Position numbers and translations under genes: made by a program. A stretch of 64,000 nucleotides of DNA from Eledone cirrhosa. Its lineage: Eukaryota. The stretch lies in contig OZ024742.1 of the NCBI GenBank assembly GCA_964016885.1, forward strand, positions 344,286,001 to 344,350,000, in the 5' to 3' direction. This document shows positions 56,764 to 64,000 of the stretch, in pieces. The first letter of the stretch is position 1. The number at the start of each line of letters is the position of its first letter. The notes under the pieces were generated by a model that saw nothing but the letters and a program-made list of their open reading frames with translations, had not been told where the DNA came from and did no database searches.

Positions 56764-56885
56764 TTCTGCTCTGATGATACAGTGGTCACAGCATTTGCTA
56801 ATTGAGTTTTGCAAATAGTTATAAATTTGCACATAGCATAACTCGGCTGTATAACCAGCGTGGAAACATTTGTAAGCACACAGAA
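56764..56885 (+). ncRNA. Type I hammerhead ribozyme with canonical core and ~85-nt stem II region
   Basis: ttcTGCT-CTGATGA-TAC.GTGGT...ACCAGCGTG-GAAA-C attt G-TA-AGCA..cagaa. Confidence 0.65.
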
Positions 56886-57070
56886 TAAATTACCTTTTTA
56901 TGATGTCTACCTGTTATTATTCATTCTTTGTCTACACTCCGGAATACAGAAGGATCAGGAACTGAGTTTCTTCAACTATTCTTCCATAACTCGTTGAGTA
57001 ACCCCTCACCGTACGTCAACTCTATCCAGTGTAGTAATTAACCATTACTGCATCCAGGATAATCCTATAC

Positions 57071-57130
<60 letters not shown>

Positions 57131-57364
57131 TGTATGTATGTATGTATGTATGTATGTATGTATGTATGTATGTATGTATGTATGTATGTATGTATGTATG
57201 TATATAGTTTAGAGAGAGAGAGACGGTGTATATATAAACATCATTGATATATAAACTACTTAGAGTTGTCTCCCATGAACCATGGATTTCGTTAAGAAAT
57301 GATGTAATGAGTCTTATTTTAATATGAAAAAGTAAAATAATCAGCCGTATTATTATTACAGCTT

Positions 57365-57950
57365 TGTAGGGCGGTGGATTGGCAGTAATCAGTAGAGCGT
57401 CAGACACCCTCCTTGGCGGCATAGAGTTATGGCCCTTTACATTCTGAATTCAAATCCTGCCGTGGTTAAACTTTGCCTTTCATCCTTACGTGGTCAATAA
57501 GATAAAGTACTGGAGTCGATTTAATCGATTTTCCCCTTCCCCAGAAATTGCACGCCTTGTGCCTAAATCAAAAACCATAATTACAACGTTGTAGGGTGGC
57601 ATGATAATGGTTGGGAAGAATTACTTTGAGGGATTTGTTCCGGCTCTTTATTGATCGATGTACATATCCTTCTAAGTTTAAATTTGTCTTTCATCTTTCC
57701 GACGTTGATAAAATAGAGGACCATTCAAGTACTGGGCCTGATATAATTGACCCCAACCCTATGAAATAAACAAAGAAAAAAAGGTAAAAAAAGAAAGCAA
57801 GAAAGAATTTGCTGGTCTTTCGCCAAAATTAGAAACCGGGTTTACTCTGTGTTAGGCTGGTGGATTTAAAGAATTGGTAAAATGTTGGGAAAAAAACTGC
57901 TCTGAAGTATTTATCCCGTTCTCTCAGTCCTGAGTTCGAATCCCACCGAA
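57365..57950 (+). mobile_element. Three successive SINE family A-like copies, one well preserved and two degenerate
   Basis: gtagggcggtggattggcag...ctttgcctttcatccttacgtggtcaataa; related cores at ~57680 and ~57930. Confidence 0.7.
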
Positions 57951-57959
57951 TAACTGAAA

Positions 57960-58340
57960 GCGTAAGCTCCGGAAGTGTGTTGTGTTCAAAGTCTGGACGA
58001 AGTCGTCAGTTGTTAGACATGCATATTCTGTCATCGTGTACTCCTCTCAAAAGCTGGATATGTTAATCGCCTGAAGTCACATGAAAGGATAACCACCCAC
58101 AACACCACCAAACAAAGACCGGGTGAAACAACGTGCATGATATACACCAAAGTGTGTAGAAGTTGTTCCGGACTAAAAAGACACATGGTAGTACGTAAGA
58201 ACTGTGTCCCACTGGGTGACTCCACCAGTCCTGTGAAAAGCACAACACTCTTCTATCACCTGTGTCGTAAAGCATGCAGATCTACAGCTGGCCTACAAAG
58301 TCATCTATTAAGTCATGGACGCAGATGGGATAGTAATGAA
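57960..58340 (+). mobile_element. LINE 3' fragment (RTE-like) with degenerate C2H2 fingers
   Basis: KVCRSCSGLKRHM and LCRKACRSTAGLQSHLLSH. Confidence 0.5.
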
Positions 58341-58399
58341 GAATCAATAAAAGATGAAAATCGTCTGTGAAGATGCTGAAATCCTCATGTATGTATGTA

Positions 58400-60450
58400 C
58401 AAAGGACGGAAGAACTCATAAGAGTCAACGGCCATCCGAAAGTGTGTAAATATGTATATAGACATGCACCGCGCGGTTCAACCACTGGTTAGTGAAGGAC
58501 CCCTAGCCTTTGTCAGGGTATTCTTCTAGAAGGCAATTTATGAAACTTGGATAACTCCAACATATAACCTGAGGCTCAGTAGTTACCGAAGATGTTGACC
58601 TTTTCTTATTTTCGGGTTATAGCTTCTGTCGCTCAGAGAGTGGGATTGGCTCAGTGCACAGTCTTTCCTCACTTTAAAATATATCTTCACGCACAGGCAT
58701 TGCACGATAGAATTAATTAATAATTATTAATAATGGTATACCGTGCAATGGCCATACTCGATAACGAGGGGGCAGCCATCATGTATGTATGCATAGCTGT
58801 ACGCAGTGACGTATTGCTGGGGATGCGTGGAGTGAAGCTGCACTCCCAAAATAATTTTTGCTGGAAAATTTTGAATGTCTACACCCATATAAATTATAGA
58901 AGCAATGCGCATATGTATGTAAGATGCATGTATGGATGTATAGATGTATGGATGTATGGATGTATGGATGGATGTATAGATGTATGGATGTATGGATGTA
59001 TGGATGTATGGATGTATGGATGTATGGATGGATGGATGCACGTATGGATGTATGGATGTATGGATGTATAGATGTATGGATGTATGGATGTATGGATGTA
59101 TGGATGTATGTATGTATAGATGTATGGATGTATGGATGTATGGATGTATAGATGTATGGATGTATGGATGTATGGATGTATAGATGTATGGATGTATGGA
59201 TGTATGGATGGATGGATGTATGGATGTATGGATGTATAGATGTATGGATGTATAGATGTATGTATAGATGTATGGATGCATGGATGTATGGATGGATGGA
59301 TGCACGTATGGATGTATGGATGTATGGATGTATAGATGTATGGATGTATAGATGGATGTATAGATGTATGGATGCATGGATGTATGGATGGATGGATGCA
59401 CGTATGGATGTATGGATGTATAGATGTATGGATGTATGGATGTATGGATGTATGGATGTATAGATGTATGGATGTATGGATGTATGGATGTATAGATGTA
59501 TGGATGTATGGATGTATGGATGTATGGATGTATAGATGTATGGATGTATGGATGTATGGATGGATGTATAGATGTATGGATGCATGGATGTATGGATGGA
59601 TGGATGCACGTATGGATGTATGGATGTATGTATGGATGTATAGATGTATGGATGCATGTATGTATGTATGTATGGATGTATGGATGTATGGATGTATGTA
59701 TGTATGGATGTATGGATGTATGTATGTATGTATGGATGTATGGATGTATGTATGGATGTATGTATGTATGTATGGATGTATGTATGGATGGATGCATGTA
59801 TGTATATATATATGTCGGGTCACTCTTGAGTGCTACTGGTAACATGTAACTCAGTACAACCTGTCTCATGGTCGGGTCGTCGGCGACTAACCGGCAACCC
59901 CACCAAGTTTACTTGGTGAGGAGGGTGATTTTGGACACCCTGTAGGACAAAAAACAAAACCTGACAAAGGGCGGAAGAACTCATGATAGTCAACAGCCTA
60001 CCCAAAATATGTAAATATGTATATACATATGTATGTGTATGTATATATACATATGTATGTGTATGTATATATACATATGTATGTGTATGTATATGCGCGG
60101 GGACATAGAAATAATCAGGCTGGGTACCCGATCGCGCGGTTAAACCACTGGGAGTGAAGGACCCCTAGCCTTTGTCAGGGCATTCTTCTAGGAGAAGGCA
60201 ACTCAGGTAACTGGGATAACTCCAACATATAACCCGCGGCTCAGTAGTTACCGATGATGTTGACCTTTTCTTCTTTTCGGGTTATAGCTATTGTCGCTCA
60301 GAGAGTGAGATTGGCTCAGTGCACAGTCTTTCCTCACTTAAAAAAAAATATCTTCACGCACAGGCATTGCACGATAGAATTAATTAATAGTTATTAATCA
60401 TGGTATATCGTGAAATGGCCTTACTCGATAACGAGGGGGCAGCCATCATA
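58400..60450. repeat. Diverged direct repeat (58400-58782 and 59965-60448) flanking a minisatellite
   Basis: Shared ggaagaactcat..., gtgaaggacccctagcctttgtcaggg, gattggctcagtgcacagtctttcctcac and ctcgataacgagggggcagccatc. Confidence 0.8.
58925..59800. repeat. (TGGATGTA)n 8-bp minisatellite
   Basis: Direct reading. Confidence 0.95.
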
Positions 60451-60470
60451 TATATATCTATATATCTATC

Positions 60471-62366
60471 TGTGCTAGCGGCGGCAGGCTTCGGACCCGT
60501 TTTCAGGGGCTGGATCAATGCCATGCACAGCAGCCGCATCTGCTCTAGGGTCAAGGTGAACGGCTACCTCTCGGAGCCGTTCGAAATCGCGCGGTCCATC
60601 CGACAGGGGTGCCCTCTCTCCTCCCTTCTGTATGTAATGACTCTAGAGCCACTGCTGCGGAAGTTGGAGTTGTTGCAGGGCATCCCGTTGGAACCGGGAT
60701 TGCGGAAAGCGGTGTCAGCCTACGCCGATGACGTAACAGTAATGGTGTCGACGACCTCGGAAATCGGGGCGATCGGCACCTTACTGGAGGAGTACGAAAG
60801 GTTTACAGGGGCTAAGCTGAACCGGGACAAGTCGATCGGTCTGCAACTCGGCACGTGGAGGGGCAGATCGACGCCCTCCGATGGCGTCGTCGGGCGCTGG
60901 ACGGAGGGCCCGGTGAAGTTGCTCGGGGTCTGGTTCGGACCAGACCTCCAGGTGGAGAAGAACTGGGGTGAGGTAACGAACAGGGTGTTTGCACTGACCC
61001 AGAAGTGGGCCGAGTGCAAACTGTCCCTGAAAGGTCGGGCGGAGGTGGCGAACACTTATATAGCGTCCGTCATCTACTACCGCCTGACCGTTGTGCCTTG
61101 CCCAAGGGAAACGCTCGCCAAAATGGAGCGCGCACTCTTCCAATTCCTTTGGAAGAAGCGGGCTCCTATGGTGAGGAGATCCATCTGCTGTCAACACCCT
61201 TCGAAAGGAGGGCTGGGGATGCCGTGGCTAATGATACGTAAACACGCATTAAGGCTACGGCACCTTCAGGTATTCCTCTCCGGTCAACCGGTGTGGGCCC
61301 CGTTTGTGAGGCGAGCCTTTCCCAGACTCGTCTCACTCACCGAGCTGCAATCCTGGGTCAAGCAAAGACCGAGAAAACTGGGCGCCTGGCATACCGAGTG
61401 TGCCCAGGCGCTCACGGCTCTCTGGCAGGCGGACCCGGCTGTCAGTGGAGAATCCACCTCGTCATTCTATAGAGGGCTGGTGGTTAGCAGGTGCGACGAC
61501 GCCCTCGGAGAAGCCCTAGGCATGGAGGAAGACGAACTGGCCAACCTGTTCGGTAGGACATTCAGCCCGGGACCCATGGATAACTTCCAGAGGTCCCTGG
61601 CCTGGCAATGCTACAGAAGGGCTCTGACCGTTCGAGAAAGGCTCTACAGACACGGGCGCCGGGGTAGGGACCCATCGAAAAAGATCTGTCCCAGATGCAT
61701 GTGCGACGAGGAAACCGTTGCACACGCATTGGTACACTGCTCGGGCATTGCCGATCTGTGGGGCTATGTCGAACAACTGCTGTCAAGGGTGGGACCGATC
61801 CGGTTGACCACCGAGTCTATTGTAACGATCAAGCCGCCTCCCCTCTTCAAAAACGAAGGAGAGGCGGTGTTTCTGTGCGTAATAGCCATGGCGAAAGAGG
61901 TTGTATGGTGGACGCGTCTGAAAGGACTGAGGTCAGACACCTTTCTCTCTGGCCAACAACTAGTCCGTTTCTTCCGATATCATTTCGGAAGAAGGATGAG
62001 GATGGAGAGAGAGGTGCTGCACCCCAGCCGTTTTTATGAAAGATGGGTGAAAGTGGCGAGAATGGCCCGTGTGAATGGGCCTTCACTCTACATCAGACTA
62101 TAGGTGAGGAAGATGAAAGACCAAGGGAGCACCCCTTCTCTGTGCTCCTGAGGAGAAGGGTTGCACACTTTTTTTCGGGGGTGTGTGCGACCCCCCAAGG
62201 CGCCTCCTCTCTATTGAGGACTTTGTTATACATTTTATTTTTTGTTATATTTTATTTTATTTTTATATATTGTTATTGCCTCCTCCTTATTGAGGACGCC
62301 TTGTTTTGTAAACTCCCCCCATTGTACTTGTCCCACTTTTGTTGCCCTGGTGGCAAATAAAAGAAA
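60471..62366 (+). mobile_element. Tx1-like LINE (copy D), 5'-truncated; uninterrupted RT C-terminal half and zinc knuckle
   Basis: ORF 60400..62103 from VLAAAGFG onward: RQGCPLS, YADD, GGLGMP, CPRC..ETVAH..HC; TATC repeats at both ends. Confidence 0.93.
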
Positions 62367-62846
62367 TCTATCTATATATATGTGTGTGTTGGTGCGTGTA
62401 TATATATATATATGTATATATGTACATGTGTGTGTGTCTGTATGGTTGCGTGTATATATGTATATATATACACACACGTGTGTGTGTGTTCGAGCACGCG
62501 CCTTTGTGTGGATTTACAAAAACCGCAATGGCTGAGATGAGTCTTTATTAATTCAGTAATATATTTTTTAGTAACCTCCTCTATGGAGACAAAACATTTT
62601 CCTTTAAATATATCAACATTTATAGCAGGTTTCGATCAGTTTGATCAGTGATTAAGACGACGTAATTTAAATATAGATATACTAATATATATATCATATG
62701 TGAATATGAGGTTAATTGTCAGCAAAACTTAGAATTTTATAGAATACAAGTATGTTCCTATATTCCTAGATTCCTGTATTCCTATATTTGTTCACCTTTA
62801 GTATTATTCTATATTCATATTCATATTATTCTATATTCATACATAT

Positions 62847-63085
62847 ATGGCTTAGTGGTTATGGCTTAGTGGTTAGAGTAATATCTTCCAATCGGAAGGT
62901 TGTGAATTCGATTCTCACAACTTTGTGTCCTTGAACAAGACACTTTATTTCACGTTCCTCCAATTTACTCAGCTGTAGAAATGAGTTGTAACGTCACAGG
63001 TGTCAAGCCTTTTCCATTGGACATCGTCGGAGAGGGGAGGCTGGCATGCATGGGCGACTGCTCGTCTTCCACAAACAACCACCTA
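62847..63085 (+). mobile_element. tRNA/CORE-type SINE, family B
   Basis: tggcttagtggttagag, gaattcgattc, gtgtccttgaacaagacactttatttcacgtt. Confidence 0.8.
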
Positions 63086-63363
63086 ATAGAATATTAGTCT
63101 ACGACTTCATTTATACCGTAAACGTGGTTTTGTCTTTGCGTGTAATTGTTTTCACCGCTCCAAATTATGACGTATTATCATTGTCTTTATCCATTCTTTG
63201 CCAGGGAACGTTTCCACGAACCAAAGTATCGTCTTCCTGTCTTCCTTTGGTTGCAACGTTTTTTGAAATATTTACTTCTGGGTTCACAGATTGATTTTTT
63301 TAGTTTCAGAAGATCCCGTTAAGGGTGAAAGCAGCGATTATTTGCTTAAACTTTAATCTGTTA

Positions 63364-63425
<62 letters not shown>

Positions 63426-63435
63426 AACAGTGATC

Positions 63436-63465
63436 TGTACTGATGAAGGGTGATACCCAGAAAAA
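63436..63465 (+). ncRNA. Degenerate minimal hammerhead-like motif
   Basis: CTGATGA-aGGG tgata CCC-a-GAAA; no clear stem III. Confidence 0.35.
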
Positions 63466-63548
63466 TTCTTCCTGCTATATCAAGCGTTAACCTAATATAT
63501 CCCCTCCATATACTGTACCGATTGTGTTGTTATTTCTGTTTACCTTCT

Positions 63549-63848
<300 letters not shown>

Positions 63849-64000
63849 CTGTGTTTACAAACAAACAAACCGAGCATTATAATAAATGTTCGGTAAACCG
63901 ATACGTGCATATATATATATATGTGTGCATGTATGTATATATATATACATACTACTGTACGTCTGTATACATATATGTATGTACGTATACATACATACAT

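Noticed and set aside
56915-57070. Minus-strand exon with LLHWIELTYG (faint BEACH-domain resemblance)
   Set aside because: In-frame stops on both sides; the similarity is too short
60400-60470. Native start of the 567-aa ORF
   Set aside because: The first ~23 codons come from the upstream repeat and TATC tract; the LINE copy is 5'-truncated

Overview
A 64-kb animal genomic window, most likely cephalopod (octopus-like). That assignment is inferred from the extreme (TA)n/(CA)n microsatellite load and the SINE families. No intact host gene is recognisable. The window consists of decayed retroelements (several Penelope-like elements [PLEs], a tandem cluster of Tx1/L1-clade LINEs flanked by (TATC)n, and R4/Dong-, CRE- and RTE-like fragments), two Tc1/mariner remnants, many tRNA-derived SINEs, and micro/minisatellites. 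Most ORFs in the supplied track are microsatellite artefacts. The standout structure is at 16.75-25.0 kb. Two satellite arrays (~87 x 68 bp and 33 x 55 bp) are amplified pieces of one degenerate PLE reverse-transcriptase gene: the 68-bp consensus unit encodes the catalytic RYVDDI motif, and the unique sequence before, between and after the arrays continues the RT collinearly. At least 10 hammerhead-ribozyme-like motifs are dispersed through PLE pseudo-LTR remnants. Five of them carry a CCGANGA core variant and several have long stem-II insertions. Fold-back inverted repeats embedded in (TA)n are frequent. All family assignments come from hand-read motifs; no searches were run.
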